A stretch of DNA of 47,242 bases from positions 1 through 47,242 of the forward strand of contig JAKATE010000001.1 of NCBI GenBank assembly GCA_021828085.1. Reading direction: 5' to 3'. The position numbers and the translations under genes are program-made. Below are positions 9,484-18,758 of this stretch, piece after piece (the first letter of the stretch is position 1; the number at the start of each line of letters is the position of its first letter). The DNA comes from Thermoplasmata archaeon (GTDB lineage Archaea > Thermoplasmatota > Thermoplasmata > Lutacidiplasmatales > UBA184). The notes beneath the pieces were generated by a model. It was not told the origin of the DNA, did not search any database, and saw nothing but the letters and a program-made list of their open reading frames with translations.

Positions 9484-9508
9484 GCGAGCGAGCGAAGCGA
9501 GCGAGCGC
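9484..9508. repeat. short (GCGA)n microsatellite
   Basis: GCGAGCGAGCGAAGCGAGCGAGCGC in the spacer between the ADH stop and the aldolase start. Confidence 0.5.
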
Positions 9509-9529
9509 AAAGAGGGGCCGGCCGGGCCG

Positions 9530-10564
9530 TCAGGCCCCCGACGTCATGACGACCTTGAGCGTCCCCTGCGGAAGCGCCGCCTGGGCGAAGGCCCGCTCGG
9601 CCTCCTCGAGGGGGAAGCGGTGCGTCACCAGGTCCGCCACCCGGACCCGCTTCGCGGCCAGGAGCTCCAGCGCCCGGTTCGTCCCCACCTCGGTGGTCGC
9701 GTAGGTGGGGACCAGCCGTACCCCCCTCAGGTAGAGCTCCTGGGGGTCCGTCTCGAACGGTCGACCCCGCTCCGGCAGTCCGAAGAGGTTCACCGTGCCC
9801 CCGCGCCGGACCACCCGGGTGGCCTCTGTGATCGCCGCCGGCGCGCCGGTCGCGACGACCACGAGGTCGGGCCCGACCCCGGCGGTCCGCTCAAGGACCG
9901 TGCGTTCCATCCGCTCAGGATCCCGGGGATCGAGGAGATCGTCGGCTCCATCCGCCCCTCCGGCCCGGTCCCGGCGGTAGGCGGAGATGTCGGCCGCCCC
10001 GACCCAGCTCGCCCCGAATGCCCGGAGGAGCCTCAGGTAGATCTGGCCGATGGGGCCGAGACCGAGGAGGAGCACCCGCCGGCCCGAGACCGGGCCCACG
10101 GTGGCGAGCGCCTCCAGGCAGCAACCCATCGGCTCGATGAACGTGGCCTCCTCGTCGGAGACCTCGGGGGGGAGGGGCAGCACCGCTCCGCGCGCGACGT
10201 GCGTGGAAGAGACGCTGAAGACCTCGGAGAACCCGCCGGGGTCGATGTTGGTCCGCTGGAAGTCCGGACAGAAGGTCGGGGCGCCCGCGCGGCAGACCGC
10301 GCAGCTCAGGCACGGCACGTGATGATGGACGAAGACCCGGTCGCCGGGTCGGAAGGCCCCCAGGCCGTCGGCCACGGACCGGACCACACCGGCCGGCTCG
10401 TGTCCGATGCGGCCGGTGGCCGAGTAGTTCCCCCGGATCTTCTCCAGGTCGGTCCCGCAGATCCCGCAGGCGCGGAGGGCGACGGTGAGGCCGCCGGGAG
10501 GGGCCTCCGGCGTGGGGAGCTCCGTGAGGGAGATCCCTCCGGGACGCAGGAGCACCGCGTGCAA
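9530..10564 (-). CDS. zinc-dependent medium-chain alcohol/polyol dehydrogenase
   Basis: ACGICGTDLEKI, GHEPAGVV, CLSCAVCRAGAPTFC (structural Zn cysteines), LLLGLGPIG (Rossmann). Start is TTG 10564 (alternative GTG 10555), 20 nt after the upstream aminotransferase stop. The longer track ORF to 10723 overlaps that gene. Confidence 0.8.
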   Translation of the reverse strand: MHAVLLRPGGISLTELPTPEAPPGGLTVALRACGICGTDLEKIRGNYSATGRIGHEPAGVVRSVADGLGAFRPGDRVFVHHHVPCLSCAVCRAGAPTFCPDFQRTNIDPGGFSEVFSVSSTHVARGAVLPLPPEVSDEEATFIEPMGCCLEALATVGPVSGRRVLLLGLGPIGQIYLRLLRAFGASWVGAADISAYRRDRAGGADGADDLLDPRDPERMERTVLERTAGVGPDLVVVATGAPAAITEATRVVRRGGTVNLFGLPERGRPFETDPQELYLRGVRLVPTYATTEVGTNRALELLAAKRVRVADLVTHRFPLEEAERAFAQAALPQGTLKVVMTSGA

Positions 10565-10584
10565 GAGGTCTCCCCGGGGTCGGC

Positions 10585-11973
10585 TCAGGCCCCGGCGGCG
10601 GCCCGGAGGGAGGCCTCCAGGATCTCCACGGCCTCGTCGATGTGCTGCTCCTGGACGATGAGCGGAGGGACGAAGCGGAGCGACGAGGCTCCGCAGCCGA
10701 GGAGGATGAGCCCCCGCCGCCACGCCTCGGTCTCCACACGGTCACGGAACTTCGGCGCCGGCTCCTTCGTCCGGCGGTCCTTGACGAACTCGGTCGCGGC
10801 CATGAGGCCGAGGCCGCGCACATCCCCGATGACCTCGTGGCGGTCCATGAGCTCCTCGAGGCGCTTCTTCAGGTACTGGCCCTGGCGCGTGGCGTTCTCG
10901 AGCAGGTGCTCGCGCTCGTAGACGTCGAAGGTGGCGAGGGAGGCGGCGCACGCGACGGGGTTCCCGCCGAAGGTGTTCGAGTGCGCGCCCTGGTACGGGT
11001 AGTCGAGCTCCCGGTCGAAGATGGCCGCCCCCAGCGGAAGGCCCCCGCCGAGCGCCTTCGCGGTGGTCACCAGCTGGGGCTTCACCCCGAAGTGCTCGAT
11101 GGCCCACATCTTCCCGGTCCGCCCCATCCCGGCCTGGACCTCGTCGTCGATGTGGAGGATGCCGTGCGGCTCGAGGATCTTGCGGGCGGTGGAGAAGTAG
11201 TCCTTCGGGGGGACCAGGTAGCCCCCTTCCCCCATGACCGGCTCGACGATGAAGGCGGCCACATCCTCGGGAGGGAGGACGCTCGGGAAGTACAGCTCGT
11301 CGAGGATCTTCAGGCAGTAGAGCCCGCAGCTCGGGTACTCGAGCTTGTAGGGGCAGCGGTAGCAGTTGGGAGGCGGGATGTGCACCCCTCCGCCCATCTG
11401 CGGCTGGAACTTCCTGCGCTGCGCGGCCTTGCTCGCGGTCACGGTGAGCGCGCCCATGGTCCGGCCATGGAAGGCGCCGATGAGCCCCAGGAAGAGCGGT
11501 CGGCCGGTCTTGAAACGGGCGAGCTTGAGCGCGGCCTCGACGCTCTCCGTCCCCGAATTGACGAAGAAGACCTTGCGGTCCCCGCCCCCCGGGGCGATCT
11601 TGGCGAGCTTCTCCGCGAGCCGGGCCTGGACCTCGTAGTAGTAGTCCGTCCCGGCGAAATGCATCAGGCGCGCCGCCTGCTCCTGCACCGCCTTCACCAC
11701 GGTGGGGTGGCAGTGCCCAGTGTTCAGCACGCCGACGCCCGCGGCGAAGTCCAAGAGACGGTTGCCGTCGACGTCGGTGACCCAGACCCCCTCCGCATGG
11801 TCGGCGGCGATGGGCGCGGTCTTGGTGGACGTCATGAGGAAACGCTGGTCGGTCTCGACGATCGCCTTCGCCTTCGGACCGGGGATCTCCCCATGGATCA
11901 CCACCCCCCGGGCCGGGCGCTTCTCCGAAGGGCGGGCGGCGGGGGCTTGTTTCCGCGCAGAGGAAGCGACCAT
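10585..11973 (-). CDS. class III pyridoxal-phosphate aminotransferase (4-aminobutyrate/acetylornithine aminotransferase-like)
   Basis: DVDGNRLLDFAAGVGVLNTGHCHP, FVNSGTESVE, GAFHGRT, HIDDEVQAGMGRTGKMWA, TTAKALGGGLPLGA (PLP lysine context). Start is ATG 11973 (MVASSARK); the upstream part of the track ORF is P/R-rich. Confidence 0.85.
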   Translation of the reverse strand: MVASSARKQAPAARPSEKRPARGVVIHGEIPGPKAKAIVETDQRFLMTSTKTAPIAADHAEGVWVTDVDGNRLLDFAAGVGVLNTGHCHPTVVKAVQEQAARLMHFAGTDYYYEVQARLAEKLAKIAPGGGDRKVFFVNSGTESVEAALKLARFKTGRPLFLGLIGAFHGRTMGALTVTASKAAQRRKFQPQMGGGVHIPPPNCYRCPYKLEYPSCGLYCLKILDELYFPSVLPPEDVAAFIVEPVMGEGGYLVPPKDYFSTARKILEPHGILHIDDEVQAGMGRTGKMWAIEHFGVKPQLVTTAKALGGGLPLGAAIFDRELDYPYQGAHSNTFGGNPVACAASLATFDVYEREHLLENATRQGQYLKKRLEELMDRHEVIGDVRGLGLMAATEFVKDRRTKEPAPKFRDRVETEAWRRGLILLGCGASSLRFVPPLIVQEQHIDEAVEILEASLRAAAGA

Positions 11974-12100
11974 GGATGCCTCGGCTCGGGAGCGGGGGCC
12001 CGGTCTAAAAAGAGTTCGTGGACGCCCGGGCACACCTCCCCCGCGACCCCCGGCCTCCACGCTGAGAGCTCGGAGAGGGAGAAGGGGGTTCCCCGCCCGC

Positions 12101-12973
12101 TCACGCCAAGAGCAGGGCGAGGAGCACGGGGGCGAGGAGGGTGAAGAGGGTACCCACCGCGAGCGCGAGGGCCGCGGCATCCCTCCGCCCGTAGCGCGTC
12201 ACGAAGTAGAGCGTCGTGTCCATCGAAGTGGCTCCCCCGGAGGCGGCGATGGCCGGCGCGCCGGCCCATCGACCGACCCAGGGAGCGCTCACCATGGTGA
12301 GGTCCTCCCTCAGGAAGTTCACCAGGAAGGCCAACGTCCCGGCCACCGGGGAGACCGCCTGGGCGACGGCCGGACCGGCGAGGGTGTACCAGCCGAAGGC
12401 CAGGGTGCTCGCGAAGGCCACTCTCCACGGCTCTCCCGTAAGGAGGAAGAGGACGACCGCCCCCGCCGCGGAGGCGAGGAGGCCGGCGAGGAAGGGCAAG
12501 GGGAGCTCCCGGAGCGCCTTCAGCTCGAGCTTCGCCTCCCAGCCGACGAGGAAGAGCAGGGCGAGCAGGAACACCTCCACGGCGGTACCGGCCGGTGCCC
12601 TCAGTCCCGGCGAGGCCGTGCCGACGAGGTAACCGATCACCACGCCCGCGACGATGGCCGCGGGGAGCGCCCAGGGCGAGCTCGTCCTCGGCTCGGAAGG
12701 CGCGCTCACTCGGTCGGCGCGAGGGCGACGGACGCCCCGGACGACCAGCACCGCTACCGCCAGCATCGCGACCGCGGCCCCCAGGGCAGGGAGGAGGAGT
12801 TGGAGGAGTCCGAGGGAGGGTTCGCTCGCCAGCGTGACGCCGAGCGCGCCGACGAGAAGGAGGATGCAGGCCCGGGTGAGCGCGGAGCACCGGGCGGGGA
12901 AGGGCCAGACCCGCCCCAACGCGAGGCCGAGCCCCAGGGCGCCCGCGAGCAGGAGTTCGCTGAAGGCCTCCAT
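12101..12973 (-). CDS. LysO/DUF340-like membrane exporter
   Basis: Polytopic hydrophobic protein with ASGGATSMDTTL near the C-terminus, as I recall for LysO (YbjE). AT-richer TCATCAATGA lies 25-34 nt upstream of ATG 12973. Confidence 0.6.
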   Translation of the reverse strand: MEAFSELLLAGALGLGLALGRVWPFPARCSALTRACILLLVGALGVTLASEPSLGLLQLLLPALGAAVAMLAVAVLVVRGVRRPRADRVSAPSEPRTSSPWALPAAIVAGVVIGYLVGTASPGLRAPAGTAVEVFLLALLFLVGWEAKLELKALRELPLPFLAGLLASAAGAVVLFLLTGEPWRVAFASTLAFGWYTLAGPAVAQAVSPVAGTLAFLVNFLREDLTMVSAPWVGRWAGAPAIAASGGATSMDTTLYFVTRYGRRDAAALALAVGTLFTLLAPVLLALLLA

Positions 12974-13228
12974 CCCACCGTCGGGAGGGACCTTCCCTCA
13001 TCAATGAGCCGCTCGGCGCTCGTCCGAGAGGTTATCTGGGGACCGAATGTGGGGTCCGCGTGCGCGCTCCGTGGAAAGCCCCGAGCCTCCCTCCGAGACC
13101 TCCCATGCCCGCCCCCTACCCCTCCCCGCCTCAGCCCTACCCGCTGGGAGAGGACGAGGAGAGCCCTTTTCCGTGACGGCGGAACCGTCGGGTGCCCTGC
13201 CCTGACAGTTTCCCGCACAGGGAAGCCA

Positions 13229-13262
13229 TTATATCGATTTTCCGATATCGGTAATCCGATAT
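13229..13262 (+). promoter_or_regulatory. padR promoter with nested palindromes/direct repeats (candidate PadR operator)
   Basis: TTATAT 13229-13234 lies 27-32 nt upstream of ATG 13261. ATCGAT at 13233-13238, perfect palindrome CCGATATCGG at 13242-13251, and TCCGATAT repeated at 13241-13248 and 13255-13262. Confidence 0.5.
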
Positions 13263-13683
13263 GTGGACGGGAGGGAGCACCGGACGGAGGCCTCGCGGGC
13301 TGCGCATCTGGGTCCTCCGCCTCGTCGGCAACCGCCCCCGGAACGGGGCCGAGATCATCCAGGACATGGAGGCGATGACCCACGGCTGGTGGCGCCCTTC
13401 CCCCGGTTCGATCTATCCCCTCCTCGAGCAGCTCACGGAGGAGGGCGTCCTCCAGCGCCGCCCCGATGGCCGCTACGAGCTCAGCCGCGAGGCCCGCGCG
13501 CAGCAGCAGGGCTGGAACTGGGGAGGTCTCCCTTTCCCCAAGCGGCCGGAAGAGGTCGTCCGGGAGATCGACGGGTACGTCCGCTATCTCGAGGACCTCC
13601 GGACCAGCGACCAGGCCGCCGTGAAGGACCAGTCCGCGACCCTGCGCAGGATCGCGGAGAGGCTCCGGGAGCTGGGGAACTGA
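13261..13683 (+). CDS. padR: PadR-family transcriptional regulator
   Basis: LRIWVLRLVGNRPRNGAEIIQDME...WRPSPGSIYPLLEQLTEEGVLQRR is the typical PadR winged helix, followed by a C-terminal helical extension. Confidence 0.85.
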   Translation: MWTGGSTGRRPRGLRIWVLRLVGNRPRNGAEIIQDMEAMTHGWWRPSPGSIYPLLEQLTEEGVLQRRPDGRYELSREARAQQQGWNWGGLPFPKRPEEVVREIDGYVRYLEDLRTSDQAAVKDQSATLRRIAERLRELGN

Positions 13684-13772
13684 TGGACCCTGTCCGGACG
13701 GCCGAGACGCCTGCCCGGTCTCGAGCGGGTCCTCCCCCCGGGTGTGGCTAGGACCCCCCAGGAGGATCGACC

Positions 13773-14773
<1,001 letters not shown>

Positions 14774-14777
<4 letters not shown>

Positions 14778-15607
14778 CCCTGCGGGCCTTCTCTGCGCTC
14801 ACCGGCCGTGAGCTTCGGCGCTGGGTGCGCACCCCCACGGCGATCATCGCCTCGGTGATGACGCCGTTCTTCTACCTCATCCTCTTCGGCCAGGCGTTCA
14901 ACATCGGGAAGTTCCTCTCGGCCGGCCCTGCCTCGGAGACCCTGGCGGCCTTCCAGGGGGCGCCCAACTACTACTCGTACTTCTCCTCGGGAATGGTGAT
15001 CTTCGTCGTGCTCTTCTCGAGCCTCTTCATCGGGGCGAACGTCATCTTCGACAAGCGGCTCGGCTACATCAAGAAGCTCACCGTCGCCCCGGTGAGCCGG
15101 TCCGTCATCCTCGCCGCCAACGTCGCGGCCGGGGTCATCCGCTGCCTCCTCTTCGGGGGCGTGGTCTTCCTGCTCGCCGTGGTCTTCACCCACGTCCCCG
15201 GGCTCAACGGCCTCACCACCACCGTGCCGGTGAGCGCGCTGGGGGTGATCGAGATCTTCCTCGCCATGGCCCTCCTGGCCGCGGCGTTCACCAGCCTGTT
15301 CGTCACCGTGGGGTACGTCATCGAGCAGGTGGAGGCGTACTTCGCGCTCATCAACCTGGTCAACCTCCCGCTGCTCTTCTCCTCCACCGCGCTCGCGCCG
15401 GAGACGATCATGCCGGGCTGGCTCAAGACCATCGCCAACGGGAACCCCGTGACGCTTTCAATCAACGTCCTTCGCGAGAACCTCTTCCCCTGGCAGGGAT
15501 ACTACAGCTACAGCCCCGAGGTCTACCTCGGGGTGCTCTTCGTCTTCGCCTTCGCGCTCATCGCGCTCTGCGTGGCGGTGACGCTCAAGACCCTCGCCCC
15601 CCGGTGA
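14774..15607 (+). CDS. ABC-2 type transporter permease
   Basis: Six hydrophobic segments. The GTG start overlaps the ATPase stop (GTGA at 14774-14777). Confidence 0.8.
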
Positions 15608-15618
15608 TCGGCGGGGTC

Positions 15619-15640
15619 GGTCCGGGGCGCCGCCCGGACC
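15619..15640 (+). terminator. GC hairpin downstream of ABC operon
   Basis: GGTCCGGG-GCGCCG-CCCGGACC, an 8-bp perfect stem, starts 12 nt after stop 15605-15607. No T-tract follows, so a terminator role is uncertain. Confidence 0.3.
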
Positions 15641-15859
15641 GGCCGCCCGGGTGAGCCCGAGACCCTCCCTCCCCAAGCCGATCCCCCCTCTCCGCCCCGG
15701 GCCGACCCGGCGTCGGGCCTGCATACCCTGGGCCCCGGGTCCCGGTGACACCGAGGAGGTGCGTCGACCCAGCGGGGCCCTCGCCCCCCCAGAGGGTCCG
15801 GGCCGCCCGGCGGGGCCTTGGGGCAACCGCAACGCGGCGGTCGTCGCCGAGGGGGCGCC

Positions 15860-16609
15860 CTACGCCGACCGGTTGCGGAAGGCCCGCTCGATACCTGCCG
15901 CGAGGATCCCCCCGATGATCGGAGCGACCCAGAACAGCCAGTCCTGCGTGATGGCCCACCGGGTGCTCGAGGAGAAGGCCGTGAGCAGGGCGGGGGCGAA
16001 GCTCCGAGCGGGGTTGACCGAGGCCCCGTCGATCGGGATGGCGATGAGGTTGGTCATGATCAGCGTGAACCCGATGCCGAGGGGAGCCAGGTTCTTGGCG
16101 AACCCCTCCTCCCGCGTGGCGAGCAGAACGACGAAGACGAGGAAGAAGGTCAGCACAACCTCGAGGAGGAAGACGCTGCCGAGCGCGACCGTGTAGGGGG
16201 ACCCGTTGCCGGAGTAGCCTTGGGAGGCCAGGGCGACCCCCGAGGAGGTGGCGGAGTTCCACAGGGGGGTGGAGCCGTAGGCGATCCCGGCCACCACCCC
16301 GACCGCGAGGATGCCCCCGAGGACCTGGGCCACAATGTAGGGGACCACGTCCCGGCCCTTGGTCCGGCCGGCGAGCCACATGCCGATGGTGATGGCGGGG
16401 TTGAAGTGCGCCCCGGAGACGTCCCCGAAGGCGTAGACCATCCCGATGACCCCCAGGCCGAGGGAGAAGCTGATCAGCATCACCCGGGCGTTGAAGACCA
16501 GTCCCTGGTCCGCGTTCAGCGAGAGTACCGCCGCCCCTGTGACGGAGAGGAGGAGCCCGAAGGTCCCGAGGAACTCCGCGAGGTACCGTTGGCCGGAAGT
16601 CCAGGTCAT
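15860..16609 (-). CDS. aqpM: aquaporin / MIP-family channel
   Basis: Two NPA boxes (HFNPAITIG, SVNPARSFAP) and YLAEFLGTFGLL. ATG 16609 is preferred over GTG 16633 because the GTTTAAG box (16633-16639) lies 24-30 nt upstream of it. Confidence 0.9.
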   Translation of the reverse strand: MTWTSGQRYLAEFLGTFGLLLSVTGAAVLSLNADQGLVFNARVMLISFSLGLGVIGMVYAFGDVSGAHFNPAITIGMWLAGRTKGRDVVPYIVAQVLGGILAVGVVAGIAYGSTPLWNSATSSGVALASQGYSGNGSPYTVALGSVFLLEVVLTFFLVFVVLLATREEGFAKNLAPLGIGFTLIMTNLIAIPIDGASVNPARSFAPALLTAFSSSTRWAITQDWLFWVAPIIGGILAAGIERAFRNRSA

Positions 16610-16632
16610 ACCCTGGCCGGAGAGTCGGCGCA

Positions 16633-16639
16633 CTTAAAC
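16633..16639 (-). promoter_or_regulatory. TATA-like box for aquaporin gene
   Basis: GTTTAAG on the - strand, 24-30 nt upstream of ATG 16609. Confidence 0.4.
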
Positions 16640-16787
16640 GCTTCCGCTCCACGGTACCCGTAGGGAAGAGCGACCCCGGCGAACCGGCCCCCCGGGGGGT
16701 CCGAGACGGGCCCGGGCACCCTGATGCCGACCCTCGGACGGGCCGGGGGGTTCGGGTCGCGGCCCCGAGGCCTCGCTCCGTGTTGGA

Positions 16788-16799
16788 ACAAAATTCTAA
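16788..16799 (+). promoter_or_regulatory. TATA-like box for 16824 gene
   Basis: ACAAAATTCTAA, the most AT-rich stretch in this spacer, lies 25-36 nt upstream of ATG 16824. Confidence 0.4.
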
Positions 16800-16823
16800 G
16801 GGGACCCGGGGACATGGCCGGCC

Positions 16824-17468
16824 ATGGCGCCCTTCATCCCCGGGGGACGCTTGGACCTCCGGGCGCCTCCCACCGCTCGGGGCGTGAAGGCCGGAAAGGG
16901 CCTCTTCCAGCCCGTCTCGGTCCTCTGGGCCTGGTACAATGAGGCCGCCGGCCTCGTGGAGTGGACGTTCCACAATGCGTCGGCGGCGGTCGCGACGGTC
17001 GCCCTGTTGCGCAACGGCTACTACTTCGGGGATGCCTTCTGGCCTGTCTACCTCGCGAATCCTTCCTTTCGGACGGTCTGGGCGACGGCCCTCCGACCGC
17101 TACCGGACCAGGGCGCCTCCCAGAATTCTCCCCCTCTCGTGATCCTGGGAGTGGGAGGCTCCCCTACGGTGGCCTTCGCCTTCACCCTTGGTCCGGGGCA
17201 GACCTGGTCCATGCTCGAGGGGGGCTTCTCCCCCGCCACTCCCCCGGACCCCCAGGCGGCTCCGCTCTGCGCCGTGGAACTCGAAGCGGAGTTCTGCGTG
17301 GGGTACAGTCCGCAGGCGGTCTCCCAGTGGGACCAGCAGAGTTCGACCAGCCTGCAGGGATACTCTCCGAACCCCGCGTCGTTCCGGACGCTGGAGCTGA
17401 GTGCCCCCGCGGCGCCTCTCCCCACCTTGAAGCTCTTTCCTGTGAGCGTCCGGCCCGGACCTTGCTGA
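16824..17468 (+). CDS. hypothetical protein
   Basis: 214-aa ORF with a promoter-like box at leaderless distance. Aromatic-rich, non-repetitive sequence (WAWYNEAAGLVEWTFHNASAAV, NGYYFGDAFWPVYLANPSF). No motif recognised. Confidence 0.5.
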   Translation: MAPFIPGGRLDLRAPPTARGVKAGKGLFQPVSVLWAWYNEAAGLVEWTFHNASAAVATVALLRNGYYFGDAFWPVYLANPSFRTVWATALRPLPDQGASQNSPPLVILGVGGSPTVAFAFTLGPGQTWSMLEGGFSPATPPDPQAAPLCAVELEAEFCVGYSPQAVSQWDQQSSTSLQGYSPNPASFRTLELSAPAAPLPTLKLFPVSVRPGPC

Positions 17469-17523
17469 ACCACCGGGACCTCGAGCGGGGAAACGGTCGG
17501 ATCGGCCTTCGAGTCCTCTCGCG

Positions 17524-18195
17524 TCAGCTGCCCAGGGGTTGCCGGACGATGGGGTTGTCGATGTACTCGAGGGTCTTCTCCTCCCCCTGCTCGAGGGCCA
17601 GGGCCCGGGCCATGTCGAGCACCTCCCGCTTTCGTTCGGGGCTCATGGGAGGGATCCGGGAGACGGTGGTCTCCACCGGATCGTGATGCCGGTCGATGCA
17701 GAGCAACAGGGATTCGAAGCCCGGGAAGGCCAGTTGGAAGAGCTCCATCTGGAGGGCGACGTCGGGGGGTGGGGGGACCGCGCGATAGCTCTTCATCTCG
17801 TAGAAGCGCCGCGCGGTGTCCCAGTAGTCCGGCTGCGCGTAGATCCCCGCCTCCTCGCCGATGAGGACCAGGCGGGTGCGGGGACGCGGGAGCCCCAAGG
17901 CAGGGCTCTTGCGGAAGGCCTGGAGGACCCCGTCGAGCTGCCGAGCGATCCTTTCGAGCTCCTCCGGGTCCAGCGAAAGGTCCGCGTCGCGGAAACCCTC
18001 CTCGAGGAACGAGCGGCCGAGGCGGGCCATGGCGGCGCGGGACGGGTGGCGGCCCTCCCGCACCTCGTAGCTGAAGCGCGAGAGGCAGTCGTCGATGGCC
18101 TTGCCGACCACGAGCCCGATCTCGTCCTGGGGCGTGACGGGACGCGGATGGACGTGGTGGACCACCTGGTAGGCCGCGAGCGTCCGGACCTTCAT
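17524..18195 (-). CDS. PD-(D/E)xK nuclease-like protein (Cas4/RecB-like fold, no Fe-S cysteines)
   Basis: GIYAQPDYW (motif II Asp) ... RFYEMKSYR (E-x-K) ... LQMELFQLAF (Q-x3-aromatic). Start is ATG 18195 (MKVRTL), directly preceded by GGAGG; the GTG 18255 extension is G/A/P-rich. Confidence 0.5.
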   Translation of the reverse strand: MKVRTLAAYQVVHHVHPRPVTPQDEIGLVVGKAIDDCLSRFSYEVREGRHPSRAAMARLGRSFLEEGFRDADLSLDPEELERIARQLDGVLQAFRKSPALGLPRPRTRLVLIGEEAGIYAQPDYWDTARRFYEMKSYRAVPPPPDVALQMELFQLAFPGFESLLLCIDRHHDPVETTVSRIPPMSPERKREVLDMARALALEQGEEKTLEYIDNPIVRQPLGS

Positions 18196-18281
18196 CCTCC
18201 AGCTCCCCGGCGCCCCGCCCCCGTGCGCGGCGGGCGCGCGGAGAGAGGAGGGCACTTAACCCAGGAGAAGTATCCCCCCTT

Positions 18282-18692
18282 ATGACCTCCGCAGCGCCCC
18301 CCTCGCGCTACGCCTCGCGACCCCTGGGCGTGTCGATCCTCTCCATCCTCATCGGCATCTACGGCTTCCTGCTCTTCCTCGGCGGGCTCCTGCTCGCCGT
18401 GCTGGCCAGTGCCACCCTGAGCTTCGCCAGCCTGGGCTATCTGGGCCTCTCCGCGACCGACCTGGGGATCATCACGGCGATCATCGGCCTCATCGTCCTC
18501 GCCGTGGCCGTTGGTCTCTGGCATCTGCGGATGTGGGCGCTCGCCCTCGCGGTGATCGTCCTGCTGCTGGAGATCGTCTCCCCGATCATCGGCCTGGCGC
18601 GGGGGACCCTCGGCACCTCGTCCATCGTGGACCTCGTCATCGCGGTCCTCCTGCTGGCCTACCTGCTGGCGGTGCGGCATCACTTCAGCTGA
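18282..18692 (+). CDS. small integral membrane protein (4 helices)
   Basis: 136 aa with four hydrophobic helices. ACTTAA box 18254-18259 lies 23-28 nt upstream of the ATG. Confidence 0.65.
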   Translation: MTSAAPPSRYASRPLGVSILSILIGIYGFLLFLGGLLLAVLASATLSFASLGYLGLSATDLGIITAIIGLIVLAVAVGLWHLRMWALALAVIVLLLEIVSPIIGLARGTLGTSSIVDLVIAVLLLAYLLAVRHHFS

Positions 18693-18758
18693 GCCGAAAG
18701 CCTCCGGGGCGGGCGATCCCCTCCGTCCCGGAGGGCGGGCCTTCCTTCGGGCCGGTCC

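Noticed and set aside
10642-12144. 500-aa ORF antisense to the aminotransferase
   Set aside because: Shadow composition. The - strand frame has class III aminotransferase motifs.
15585-16973. 462-aa - strand ORF spanning the aquaporin region in another frame, plus 15818..16663 on the + strand
   Set aside because: P/R/G-rich shadows. The aquaporin frame has both NPA boxes.
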